A stretch of 64,000 bases of DNA from assembly GCF_006345805.1 (NCBI RefSeq), contig NC_043007.1, positions 74,524,001 through 74,588,000 of the forward strand. The letters are read 5' to 3'. The translations under genes and the position numbers were made by a program. The first letter of the stretch is position 1. The number at the start of each line of letters is the position of its first letter. Under the pieces are notes generated by a model. That model had not been told where the DNA came from and made no database searches. It saw only the letters and a program-made list of their open reading frames with translations. Origin of the DNA: Octopus sinensis (lineage: Eukaryota). This document shows, in pieces, positions 13,551 to 26,850 of this stretch.

Positions 13551-14585
13551 ACCTAGTCCAGAAACCTTTTGATATCACCTTGTATGGCCAGTTTAAATGC
13601 TCAAAGGTTAAGGAATCTTGTAGCTAATAAATATTAGAAATATATTTTTTACTTTGATAATATCATTTGACATTAAGGACACATTTTGGATCTCCCTTTC
13701 TCACTCTCATTCGCTCTCTCTCACTTTCTTTCTCTCTCTTTCTCTCTTTCTTTCTCTCTCTCTCTCTTTATTTCTCTCTCTCTCTTTATTTCACTCCTCC
13801 CCACACTTTCATTTTATGTTATTTTTTAAAAGTCAAACAACTCAGAATGCCTTTTGCTGCAAGACTCTAACATAAGAAAAATCTATACAATTTTTCTTTC
13901 TTATCTATTAAGCATTTCTTTAACAGATGACAACAAACTAGAATGTCTATACTCAGAGGCCCAACTTGTGACAACATGGATGGTAAATGATGATAATGAT
14001 GATGATCCCTAATTCCTTTGTAAATTACCACTTTTTTAATCATCCAAATAAGATCAATTGTCACAAGAAACATGGAACAAACTGCCGGCATCAATTGTTA
14101 GCTGTTGGAGCACTGCATCCTTCAAAACTTCCATGTGTCTTGAGATTTGCCAACACTACACCTGACATGCAAACATGTATCTGACTCATACACTTCCCAG
14201 ACATTTGTACATTACTGACATTACTGCATATGCTTTATACGCACTTTTGACAAGTTGTGGTGCACCTGAGCACTGTATACAATAATTTCATTATTATTAT
14301 TATAAGCATTTTAAAATACATTTATGAGAAATATATAATACATAATTGTTTGCATATTTCAAATAATTGAGTGTTCCAACCCATTAACATTTAGATTACT
14401 CTGTCAAATGATATCCCTATTCATTCACATTGCTTTCAATTAATCATGCATTACCATGTGACTTCAAGATTCCAACCATGGAATTTTTTATTTTTAGAAT
14501 GATATTATAAGACAGGTGTGAGATGCTGGATCTAGTAAGTTTATATGTAAACCTGGTCAGATGTTTTGTGTCAGATATGGTCAGT

Positions 14586-15071
14586 TTAACCCTTTTGTTA
14601 CCAACCCGGCTGAAACTGGCTCTGGCTCTGAATACAAATGTCTTGTTTTCTTAAGTTTTGAATTAAAATCTTCCACCAAAGCTTAGTCGCAATTTATGTT
14701 CCTAACACTAACTTAATGATAACCAAGTTATTTTACTAAATTCTTTGTTATATTTAAAGTAACTGAGCATCTCAAAATATATAGTTGGCTGGCTTCCATG
14801 CCGGTGGCATGTTAAAAGCTCCAACCGATCGTGGCCGATGCCGGACCCCCCTGGCACCTGTGCAGGTGGCACGTAAAAAGCACCCACTACACTCGTGGAG
14901 TGGTTGGCGTTAGGAAGGGCATCCAGCTGTAGAAACTCTGCCAGATCAAACTGGAGCCTGGTGCAGCCCCTGGCTTCCCAGACCCCAGTCGAACCGTCCA
15001 ACCCGTGCTAGCGTGGAAAACGGACGTTAAACGATGATGATGATGATGATGATGATGAACGAAAGGGTTAA
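14586..15071. mobile_element. TTAA-flanked MITE carrying a nested retroelement 3' fragment with a (GAT)n tail (~14790-15057)
   Basis: TTAAccctttt...gaaagggTTAA termini. The insert (ggatgcccttcctaacgccaacc family) recurs at 28735-28990 (-) and 33500-33775 (+). Confidence 0.65.
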
Positions 15072-15634
15072 ATGCAAAAGGGTCAAGCTGATTCATTGTC
15101 TTTTCTTTCAATGCTTTCAGGACAAATGTATGCTATTCTCTTTAATGTGCTGGCTACCAACGAACAAATTATTTGATGCAAAAACTAATCCAGATCAGTT
15201 TTAATCAAGGTTATTATGGCTAAGGTGTTATACACATCCATTGTAGCAGTAATCTGGCATTTATAAAATATTTTCTGCATATTTATGATAGTTTCATAAT
15301 ACAGTCACAGTTTTTATAAGATGCAAAGCGAATTCATACATTTTATTCATACATTTTATTTACATTTGAAAGATATTTTATTAGGTATGTCTTTTTGACT
15401 TTACTCAGTGTAATAAGCCAGCTTAAAAGGTGATTTAGATAAAATGCCATCAAATTTTAACAAAAACTATTCACTGCACAAATCATACATTGATTGGGCT
15501 TAAATAAATTCTAGTGATTGTGCAGGAAAAATAGTTTTATTCACTGAGAATTCAGCTCTGTCAGTTGAGTTAACGATAATCTCTTTTTGCTAACCTTCAC
15601 TTTATCTCCTTTGTTGTCATTTATAAGTCTCTTA

Positions 15635-15636
<2 letters not shown>

Positions 15637-15707
<71 letters not shown>

Positions 15708-15775
15708 CTCTCTCTCTCGCTCCTCTCTCTCTCTCTCTCTCTCTCTGTCCCCTCTCTCTCTCTCTTTCTCTCTCT
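15637..15775. repeat. (CT)n microsatellite immediately upstream of the InaF-1 exon
   Basis: Direct read; may serve as the polypyrimidine tract for the acceptor cactag| at 15794. Confidence 0.95.
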
Positions 15776-15825
15776 GGTATCTATTGCACACTAGTATCTC
15801 GTATTTACTGGCCTGTCTAACAACC

Positions 15826-16011
15826 ATGGACATAAACAAAATGAAAAATAAACTAGCTGAAAAGAAGTACTACTATATCTCACCAACAACCAAGAGAAAA
15901 ATAATTGAGGTGGCCTTCTACTTGGGCTTAATGGCTTTCCTTAGTATTTTCATGGTGGTGTATTATGTATTTCTGTATTCCCCAAAGAAAAGGAGTATAT
16001 ATCATATGTAA
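15826..16011 (+). CDS. inaF: InaF-motif small membrane protein 1 (61 aa)
   Basis: accATGg start; MDINKMKNKLAEKKYYYISPTTKRKIIEVAFYLGLMAFLSIFMVVYYVFLYSPKKRSIYHM. Basic N-terminus, one TM helix, motif VAFY-x13-YYVFLYSP; donor AAG|GTAAGA at 16210/16211. Confidence 0.75.
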   Translation: MDINKMKNKLAEKKYYYISPTTKRKIIEVAFYLGLMAFLSIFMVVYYVFLYSPKKRSIYHM

Positions 16012-16446
16012 CCATCTATTCACTGAAAGTGTCATTAATCCACAATTCTTGCACTAGTTTGGTTAGTAATGTAATTTAGGTTATTTAACATGCATCAGTT
16101 TTAGTGTACATGAACAAACCATAATATTATACACACTTTGTCAAAGATTTTAAAAGACATTTGCTGAGAAGACAAATACAAAAAGAATTCTGATGAAAAA
16201 AATCAAGAAGGTAAGAATTAGTTTTTCTTTGTTTAATTCACGTTAGATTAAATGAGAATATGAGAATATGTAAATCTATAGTCACATGTGACTTTCACAT
16301 GTGAAAGTCACATGACCATGATTCAATGATGTCATAAAAATCTTCAAATCACTTGACTCAGAGCAAAAGGAAGATCTCATCAGATTCATTTTCTTTTAGT
16401 GATAGAGGAAGATATCATTATCTTCTTATACACCTTGTCAATATAT

Positions 16447-16479
<33 letters not shown>

Positions 16480-16612
16480 TCATGTGCGCACGTGTGTGTG
16501 TGTATGTGTGTGTGTGCGCGCACGTGTGTGTGTGTATGTGTGTATATATATATAGTTGCCATGATAGATCATTAGCCACTGCACGCATTTTTTTCTCTCC
16601 TTGTTTTTTTCT

Positions 16613-16656
16613 GTGTCCCTTTCTGTAGAAGAGCGTAGGCTCGAAACGTAAAAGAC
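16613..16656 (+). ncRNA. Minimal hammerhead-like motif (variant core CUGUAGA) in a Penelope-like repeat
   Basis: cttt-CTGTAGA-a-GAGC-gtag-GCTC-GAAAC-GT-A-aaag; sister copies at 51436-51478 and 59182-59222. Confidence 0.45.
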
Positions 16657-17034
16657 ATTTTCTATTCCTAAGCGTTATACTAATACATCTGTTTGTTTTG
16701 TACACCACCTGTCTTCCTCTTTTGTTTTTTTTATAAACTCTCTTTATATAGTGACGTATATTTGCCATTTAATATCAATATATTTCCTCTTAGTTTTTAA
16801 TATTGATTTCAAATTTTGGCATAAGGCCAGCAGTTTTGGGGGAGAGGGTAAATCAATTACATCAACCCCAGTACTCAACTGGTAATTATTTTATCAACTC
16901 TGAAAGGATGAAAGGCAGAATTTGAACTAAGAACATGAATACAGATGAAATATTGTTAAGCATTTCACCCAGCATGCTAATAATTCTACCAGCTCACTGT
17001 CTTCCACTTATTTTTAATATTATGAAGTCATTGC

Positions 17035-17630
17035 AGGTGGTGAGCTGGCAGAATCGTTAGCATGTCAGGTGAAATGCTTAGCGGTATTTTGTCTGCCATT
17101 ACATTCTGAGTTCAAATTCCGCCAAGGTCAACTTTGCCTTTCATCCTTTTGGGGTGGATTAAATAAATACCAGTTACGCACTGGGGTTGATATAATCGAC
17201 TTAATCCATTTGTCTGTCCTTGTTTGTCCTCTCTGTTTAGCCCCTTATGGGTAGTAAAGAAATAGGTATTTCGTCTGCCATTACATTCTGAGTTCAAATT
17301 CCGCAAAGGTCAACTTTGCCTTTCATCCTTTTGGAGTGGATTAAATAAGTACCAGTTACGTACTGGGGTTGATATAATCGACTTAATCCATTTGTCTGTC
17401 CTTGTTTGTCCTCTCTGTTTAGCCCCTTGTGGGTAGTAAAGAAATAGGTATTTCGTCTGCCATTACATTATGAGTTCAAATTCCGCCGAGGTCGACTTTG
17501 CCTTTCATCCTTTTGGGGTGGATTAAATAAGTACCAGTTATGCACTGGGGTCGATATAATCGACTTAATCCCTTTGTTTGTCCTTGTTTGTCCCCTTTAT
17601 GTTTAGCCCCTTGTGGGCAATAAAGAAATA
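17035..17630 (+). mobile_element. SINE family B with its body tandemly triplicated (~181 bp unit)
   Basis: gtatt(t/c)gtctgccattacatt recurs at about 17084, 17266 and 17447. Confidence 0.85.
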
Positions 17631-18517
17631 AGAATCATTAGCATGATGGACAAAATGCTTAGCAGCATTTCATCCCGTCTTTACATTTTGTGTTCATATT
17701 CCACCAAGGTCAACTTTGCTTTCTCAATAAAATAAGTATCAATTGGTATCAATGTAAGTGACTTAACTTCTTTCTCCAAACTTGTGCCAAAATTTGAAGC
17801 CATTATTATCAAATATTGATGCTGAATTTTGGTATTCCTAAAGAAAACTAATTGGGAACTATTTCTCTGTTTCTCCATGGTGTAGCTTCATCATTTCTAA
17901 TCTTCTCTATTAAGTATTGACCTTTATTCCAAGTAAGACTTCCCAATTTGCCAAAAGGAAATCATTATTCTACAAAGTGTCTAAATGGAGGCAGCAAGCT
18001 GGGTGACTTGTTAGCATGTTGGACAAAATGCTTAGTGACACTAGTTCTGGCTCTTTGCATTCTGAGTTCAAATCCTTCTGAGATCAACTTTGCATTTCCT
18101 TTCTTTACAGCTAATAAAATAAAGTACCAGTCAAGTACTGAAGTCAATGTAATAATTGTTTGCTCCCTTCAAAAATTGCTGTCCTTGAATGCTACAATAG
18201 TATTGTATCCTGTTCAGAGGGAATGTTGTGTTCTTGGTTAGTTACATGCCATAGAAACCAGGTAACTGGTCTTGTAAATCTTAGGGCTCAAGAATAAGAG
18301 TGACAATGGGACATATCTGGACCATTGCATCTTGAATTTTATTTCATAATTTCATTTTTGTCTCTAGCTTAAAAGCAGTGATGCTAGAATCAGTAGAGTA
18401 CTTGGTGAAAAGCTGTGTGGTTCACAGTCATATCTCTTAACATTCTGAGTTGAATTCCCATAGAGTTAAACTTTAATTTTCATATTACATGACCAATAGT
18501 CAGGTACTGATGATCAG

Positions 18518-18890
18518 TATGTATGTATGTATGTATGTATGTATGTATGTATGTATGTATGTATGTATGTATGTATGTATGTATGTATGTATGTATGTAT
18601 GTATGTATGTATGTATGTATGTATGTATGTATGTATGTATGTATGTATGTATGTATGTATGTATGTATGTATGTATGTATGTAGTATGTATGTATGTATG
18701 TATGTATGTATGTATGTATGTATGTATGTATGTATGTGTATGTATGTATGTATGTATGTATGTAGTATGTATGTATGTATGTAGTATGTATGTATGTATG
18801 TATGTATGTATGTATGTATGTATGTATGTATGTATGTATGTATGCATGCATGTATGTATGCATGCATGCATGCATGCATGCATGCATGCA
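18518..18890. repeat. (TATG)n / (CATG)n microsatellite
   Basis: Direct read; source of several spurious YVCM/HTYI ORFs. Confidence 0.97.
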
Positions 18891-19245
18891 TAAGAGTTTA
18901 GAGATAGAGTAGATAATACCCAGAAGTAGTAAATATCCATATGAGGTGTATACTGCAGGTTACTCTTCTAATCTTCTACACCCTCTTACACCTCGATCCT
19001 GGGATCTTACATTTATATATATATATATATATATATCGTATAAGAATTAAAGTCTGTTCATTTCATTTTCATGTTTTATAAATCTTTATATAAATTCTGC
19101 ATACACTAACAGAATTCCACATGTATATTAAATAAATATATTATATGTATGTATTATCATTGTTAATGTCCACCTTCTATGCTGGCATGGATTATACCTG
19201 TATATATAATGTGTGTTGTGTGTGTGTGTTGGGTGTGTGTGTATT

Positions 19246-19304
<59 letters not shown>

Positions 19305-19329
19305 GTAAATATATGTAAAATATGTATTA

Positions 19330-19369
<40 letters not shown>

Positions 19370-19501
19370 TATGTATATATATATGTATATATATATGTAT
19401 ATATATATGTTGTAGATATATATGTATATATATATGTATATATATATGTATAATATATATTCCTATAACATATATATATACATATATATATACATAACTA
19501 G

Positions 19502-19534
<33 letters not shown>

Positions 19535-19576
19535 ATATATATATATAATACATATATATATATATATACATATACA

Positions 19577-19636
<60 letters not shown>

Positions 19637-20197
19637 TATTATATTATATTATATATATTATATTATATATATTATATTATATTATTGTGTGTGTGTGTGT
19701 GTGGTGGGTGTGTGTAAAATACCAGTCACGTTCCAATGATCAGTTAAATTAGCTTTACTGCTCCCACAAAATTACAAAAGAAAACCTTATTATCTTTTAC
19801 TTACTCCGAGATGAAATCTCATCATGATCCAGTTTGCCTTCCATACTCCCAGGATTAATAAAACACCCACTCACACACTGACACACGTATGCTGGTCAGT
19901 TATTATGGATCAATACAAAATTTGAAATCATTTTTGTCTCTTACCCATGTTCTCATTTTTTTTGTGTGATATAACATTTTATTTCAAAATCATCTATTTT
20001 GTGTCTGATTTCAGATTTTATTGTCCAAAAATCACGTCTAAACAAGTCAATGACCAAAACACTTTTAACTGCTATTAAATTTGTTATCTGTTACTGTTTA
20101 TATACTTTTATGTCTGTTATGGTCTGATACAGTATAGTCATAGTCATAATTTTGTCTTGTGTAAATACACAGATGCACACACACACACACACACACA

Positions 20198-20273
<76 letters not shown>

Positions 20274-20304
20274 ACACGCACACACACACATCATCATCAT
20301 CATT

Positions 20305-20545
20305 TAACAACCTATTTCTTTACTACCCACAAGGGGCTAAACACAGAGGGGACAAACAAGGAAAGACAAACGGATTAAGTCGATTACATCAACCCCAGTG
20401 CGTAACTGGTACTTAATTTATCGACTCCGAAAGGATGAAAGGCAAAGTCGACCTCAGCATAATTTGAACTCAGAACGTAACGGCAGACGAAATACGGCTA
20501 CACATGTCGTCTGGTGTGCTAACATTTCTGTCAGCTCGCCGCCTC
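20305..20545 (-). mobile_element. SINE family B
   Basis: Reverse complement of the copy at 39088-39320. Confidence 0.8.
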
Positions 20546-21141
20546 ATCATTTAACGACCATATTCCCTGTTGGCATGGGTTGAACAGTGTGACGGGATCT
20601 GAGGTGTCCAAGGACTGCATTGCGTTCCACTGTCTACTATGGCATGGTTTCTATAGCTGGATGCCCTTCCTGATGCCAACCACTTTACAAAGTGTACTGG
20701 GTGCTTTCTTTTCTGCCACCTGTACTACTGAGGTTGCCATGTAACACACAGGACTGCAAACCCTGCGGTTGGAGGTGGGGGTCAGCTTCATGCTAGGGAT
20801 GAGGGGAATTACTCAGAGAAGGTGGGGTGAGAAGAGGAGGTTTTCCTTCAGAGGGATTGTTCGTCTCAAGTTGAATATAGCTTTGATATCTTATAGGTAC
20901 AATATCTACTACTATCATTTAGCAATACATTAAGGTATTCTGTGATCAATCAGTAATAATTACTATGATATCATATCCATTTTCTATGTTGGCATGGGTT
21001 GGATGATTTCACAAGATCCAGTGAGCTGCAGGACTGCACCAAATGCCAGTAATCAACTTGGCACGGGTGCAGCCATAGGAGCTATGTCAAACTGTCCAAC
21101 CCATGCCAGCATGGAAAACAGACGTTAAATGATGGTGATTG

Positions 21142-21177
<36 letters not shown>

Positions 21178-22827
21178 CGATGACGATGACGATGATGATG
21201 ATGATGATCATCATCATCCTCCTCCTCCTCCTCCTCCTCCTCCTCCTCCTCCACATCATTATCATCAACATTAACAGCAATTACAGCATGAAATGGGATG
21301 GCCATTGGCAATTACTACAATATTCTATGGGTGATCATTAGCAAATATGTTCACATCATGTTTCTATAAGTTTCCATCTACCTCCCTCCCTCTCTTTTTA
21401 TTTGACACTCATCTCTCACCCTCTCTCCTATCATTGTACCTTTACTATTACTACTACTATTATCATATCATCTTTCTCCCACCCATCACTCTACTTCTTA
21501 TAAAAGGAAGGGGTGGCACTGGATTTGTCCATAATCAATTACCTCCTACTATCACTATTTATTACTAACCATCTATTTCTTTCTCACACCCTTACTCTCT
21601 TTTCCTTCTCCTCCTCTCTCTCTTCCACTACCACCACCCCTATCACTCATCACTGACATCCATCTTTCTCTCTTTCTCACCACCACCTGCTTTTATTACT
21701 ATTCATTACTCTTGTCTCTCTTTCTCTATCTCACCACCACTCAATCTCATTACCACTCATCATTTTCATTCTCTCTCCATCTCTGTCATACTCATACACA
21801 TCCATTAGCCTTTTCCCTTTCAGTTGTTGTTGACATCCCTTACTCTCCCTTTCTCATTCTCTCCTATTATTCCATCTACCATCACCTTGTCTCACTTTTA
21901 TCTCCTTTTCTCCTGTCATACTACTCATATTGTGTTCTATTCAGTCTCCTTACCAACAACCAGTATGTAGCAGTCTATCACTTTCTTTTCCATTACTCTC
22001 TCTTCTGTCAATCTCCCTGTTACTCCCATTGCACTCAATCATCCCTCTTACTCTCTCACTTCTATTATCTTCTCGCCTTCCTTCTTTTTCAACACTCTTT
22101 CTTCTATTCGGCAATATTGCTTTGAACAAGATAACCATGGCCCCTTAATGCTAGTGACGCAAAATATACACCCAATAAACTCTGGTAAATAGCTGGCACA
22201 TGAACAGAGGAAGCATAGAGAAGAAACAATGAAGTAACCCTTTCTTCTCTAGGTTGACTTCTGAGACGACAACTTCTCAAGTGCTGATGTCATGATAAAC
22301 TCTACTCAATAAATTCCAAAAATGGGTGATAGAAGGATGAGAACCATGCTGAAATGGAACGTATGAGCAAGTTGTGATCCCATCTAGGAAAGTAGCAAGT
22401 CCTAGGAAGAACTGATTTGGATCATGATGACCTGTCCAATCCCTGCCAATATGGAATGTCAGACGTAAATGATAATGATGATCATATGATATCCCATAGG
22501 TGATCTTTGATAATTGCTAAAGTATTGTGGATGGTCATAAGCAATTACTATATCTTTTAATCATTAACAACAACCTCAATATCTTACATATGATTATTGG
22601 CAGCTATCATATCTTATGAATAGCCATTAATAATTATAACAATATCCTACAATTATTAACAGCTACATATCACTATTACTATATCCTATGGTGAGAATTA
22701 TAAATATGTATATATATATATATATATACATGTAAAATATAGGATAGTGAGTTTTTTTTAGAAATTTCACTACCAATGGCCTAGCATGTATAAAAGGTCA
22801 ATAGACAACATATTCTCAATATAAAAT

Positions 22828-23398
22828 AGTGTACATTTAAACACAAGAGAAAACTGCCTTCACCAGGCAGTTTTTACATGCTAGAAGAAGTAGCTAAAAC
22901 GACCAAAACCACATTTAAAAGCGATCTTCAAAAGGAATGAAAAATAAAAACTTTTACCTTGTTATTTTATTCCAGTCAGACCTAGATTTCAAAATTTTTT
23001 TAGCAAATAAAATAATTTGCTAGGTGAAAGTTCTCATCAGTGACCATGCCATAACACTAGCATATAATTAAGTGACGAATAACATGTGACTCATTGTTAT
23101 ACATTATAATTTTTCAAATTCACTGCACAAGCACTGTTTCAGTCATCAGTAAATATACTGCCGACTGAAACTGCACTTGCGTGGTGAATTTTAAATTTTT
23201 CATAGCAAATTATTTTATTTGCTAAAAAAATTTTGAAACCCAGGTCTGACTGGAATAAAATAACAAGGTAAAAGTTTTTATTTTTCACTCTTTTGAAGAT
23301 TGCTCTTAAATGTGGTTTTAGTCGTTTTAGCTACTTCTTCTAGCGTGTAAAAACTGCCTGTTGAAGGCAGTTTTCTCTTGTGTTTAAATGTACACTAT
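22828..23398. mobile_element. MITE with ~210 bp terminal inverted repeats
   Basis: tagtgtacatttaaacacaagagaaaactgcctt ... aaggcagttttctcttgtgtttaaatgtacacta, with a short non-coding interior. Confidence 0.75.
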
Positions 23399-24290
23399 TT
23401 ATATGTATACACACACACACATATATATGTATTTACCTTGATGAAGCTATCAAGTAGTTAAAGCCATATATAATAGATAAAGCTATATATAATAACATGA
23501 AGAATATTGGGTTTAAGAAACCTTGAGAAAAAAATGTTGAAAGCTGCCCGTGGGACTTGAACCCATATCTTCTGCAGTTTTGACAAATTTGCTGCTATTA
23601 CACCAAAACAATTCTTCGAATTTCCTCTATCTGTTTTAAAAGCTTTATACTTACCAACAAAATTACATGCTGTTCACTTTATAAGAATTTTTTTTTTATA
23701 CTTTAAGAAACTTTGAGAGACACAAAAGGAACTCAAAGTAGATAAAGCTATAAATAATAGCATGTAAATTATAGGAATAAAATATTAAATAATGTAAACA
23801 ACATAGATTTCTCACTAAACAGGACAAAGTTTCTAAATCGGATAAAGAAAATTCAAAAGATTGCTTAGGTATAATGGTAGTATCTACCATGACTCAGAAG
23901 ATCTGGGTTTGAGGCCCTCAGGCAGCCTCCTGATTTTTTTTTATATCAAAGGCTCTTTTTAACCTAATATTTTACATCTATTATTTATAGATATACCTAC
24001 ATTAAAGAAGTTTATTTCATATCTCTCACAGTTTCTAAAGATACATACATCAGTTTATTTCAAACATATCAGGGCTAATTCAAGGGAGACAACAATTAAT
24101 ATTTTCCTATAAATTAACTCCCATGATCTGTATATTCATTTATCGCCAAATCCCATACAATCTCGTGTAGATTCATGTATTCTCCTTGAAGATGGAGATA
24201 AGTACCAAAGTTCTCATGTGGCAGGCTTGATAATTTGTTGAGAGATTTCTCTCTGCATGAACCATTGTTAGCTTTGTTAATCTACAAACA

Positions 24291-24330
<40 letters not shown>

Positions 24331-24856
24331 ATAATCAGAATAATGGCAAAGGATGTGTATGATAGTTAATATAAAAGACAAAAGAACAGACATAGATAAA
24401 TTTATTTCATAAACTGAGTTTTTATTCAGAGTTGTTTTGATTTCGGTGCTTGGAAAAGTTTATATACATCATCATCTGGAAAGTGTCAGAGTTCAAACAA
24501 ACCAGAACAAAAACAAGCCTTACAAATGAAAATATCCAATATGTTTTTAAAAAAAAGTGTTGCATCTGAAAACAAACAGGATAAAGATAACAACTGGTGT
24601 GAAAAACAAGAACAAATACAGAGTATAAACATAGAAAGTGTCTTTTGACGTAAGACAGAGGTGAACAAAGAAAATACTAGCATAGTCAAAAACATGAAAA
24701 GACTGTTAGATTTCATCTTTGGAGAATAGCTTCTTCCTTTTACATGATATGTATTGACAAAATACATGCCTCAGTGACATAGCAGACTCTAAGAAACTGA
24801 TCTTCCAACACAATTCTGCAGTTTCAGTCAGTGACACTATCTGGAACTCTGAATCT

Positions 24857-25350
24857 AAATAAGAATGGCTGTTTTTTAAGGCACCGAGCTGGCAGAATCG
24901 TTAGTATGCCGGACAAAATGCTTACCGGTATTTCATCTGCCGTTACATTCTGAGTTTAAATTCTACTTTGCCTTTCATCCTTTCAGGGTCGATAAATTAA
25001 GTACCAGTTACACACTGGGGTCTATGTAATCGACTTAATCCCTTTGTCTGTCCTTGTTTCTCCCATCTATGTTTAGTTCCTTGTGGGCAATAGAGAAATA
25101 AGAATGGCTGTTCTTTAAGGCACCGAGCTGGCAGAATCGTTAGTATGCCGGACAAAATGCTTACCGGTATTTCGTCTGCCGTTACATTCTGAGTTTAAAT
25201 TCCACTTTGCCTTTCATCCTTTCAGGGTCGATAAATTAAGTACCAGTTACACACTGGGGTCTATGTAATCAACTTAATCCCTTTGTCTGTCCTTGTTTTT
25301 CCCATCTATGTTTAGCTCCTTGTGGGCAATAAAGAAATAAGAATGGTTGT
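24857..25350 (+). mobile_element. Tandem pair of SINE family B copies (239 bp period)
   Basis: aaataagaatgg(c/t)tgtt recurs at 24857, 25096 and 25335, bracketing two near-identical SINE copies. Confidence 0.85.
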
Positions 25351-25719
25351 TCTTATTCATAGAATTCAAGAAACGATATTTGCTGATGTAGGCTAAGACT
25401 TGCTAAGTCTTAGTCTAAGGTGATATAAAATTATTACAATCACGCAAAACTGTAAGAAAATATAGACATGTATTTTTCATTCTGCACTTGTTCCAGCTTA
25501 GGATGTGAATATGATTTTTGCTAATGGATTTAGTTATCGGACAACAACTTTTCCTTTTAATATATACATACAGTTAATATTATTTGGGGAGTGTGTTGGC
25601 AGAATACATTAAGATTGGAAATCAAAAAACCTCTGTATTTAGTAAGCAAAATGGGGTAGATAAATAGTATGTATATTCCATGCATCCTTTTCTTCTTTAA
25701 TTTCAAATTCAAACTCCTA

Positions 25720-26095
25720 ATCCCACCAGATACTTTGATGAAATTATCTTACTTATCTGAGACCCCCTTTGGTCACGACATAGACCATGGGATTGCACCT
25801 AGAAAGTTACCCTCCCAGGCACAAATCCAAGCAAAGTTGTTTATGGAAGACCAGCAGTCGCCCATGCATACTGGCCTCCCCTCTCCACACCACCAGTATT
25901 ATCCAAGGGAAAGGCAAGGGCCGATACAGCTTGGCACCTGTGACATCGCAACTCATTTCTATAGCTGAGTGAACTGGAGCAACGTGAAATAAAGTGTCTT
26001 GCTCAAGAACACAAGTAGCCCAGCCTGGGATTCGAACTCACAGCCTCACGATCGTCAGCTCGACGCTCTAACCACTGAGCCATGTGCCTTCACTA
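25720..26095 (-). mobile_element. tRNA-derived SINE of another family (ttgagcaagacactttatttcacgttgctccagttcactcagct core)
   Basis: tRNA-like head on the minus strand (ctcagtggttagagcgtcgagc...gttcgaatcccagg); related copy at ~12335-12480 (+). Confidence 0.7.
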
Positions 26096-26129
26096 TACCT
26101 TATATTCATTGTCTGTTAGGGGAGATCAC

Positions 26130-26179
<50 letters not shown>

Positions 26180-26180
<1 letters not shown>

Positions 26181-26730
26181 GAATGAGAGAGCAGTGCATG
26201 TCATCAAAGTGACACTGGGGTAAAATATACGAAGCCCAGTATACCCATCATGACTACCTGTCTGATAAGGATACACCAGGCACATGCATCACAACCATAT
26301 GTGCGCGACATGGTGATCTCATATCAAGATAAACAGGACATGACCTTGCAGGTGGGGCCCAGTTAGAATTTTCTTCTGGTCGAGTAACCCATCCTGCTCA
26401 AAAGGTCCCTGTTAAGGGTTGCTTAAGGATGTTGAACAAACCACCCATGTTTCCAGAGGTGAATTATTCAAACCCCAAAGAATCCCTCTCAACAAATGGT
26501 TATGATGCTCCCCCACTACTTCTGCTTGTGATCAGACATGCACATATCGTCAGCCACTAAGGGATATGCTCAACTGGTTAAGGTCAAACAACTGACAGGC
26601 AAATCTGAGGTATTGAGCAGAATATTTGCTGTAGCTCATCTTTTATACCAAGACAAAACAATGTACATGATAACACTTCCAATTAGTTAAGATCAGAAGC
26701 CATGAGAGCCACTGCTGGTACTGCATCAGT
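26180..26730 (-). mobile_element. Interspersed ~550 bp repeat with an (AAT)n tail, probably a LINE 3' region
   Basis: Homologous copies at ~32660-33290 (-) and ~56290-56830 (+). Confidence 0.65.
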
Positions 26731-26806
26731 ATTATTATTATTATCATTATTATTATTATTATTATTACTATTATTATTGTTATTATTATTGTTATTATTA
26801 TTATTA

Positions 26807-26850
<44 letters not shown>

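Noticed and set aside
18480-19577. Many 60-150 aa ORFs (YVCM/HTYI/IYIY repeats), here and elsewhere in the window
   Set aside because: Translations of TATG, TA, CA, GATA and ATT microsatellites; no coding evidence
24430-24767. 93-aa minus-strand ORF, and a plus-strand exon-like block (ttttattcag| SCFDFGAWKSLY..., donor-like c|gtaaga at ~24650)
   Set aside because: No recognisable motif and not InaF-like; the plus frames are interrupted by stops; compatible with chance in AT-rich DNA
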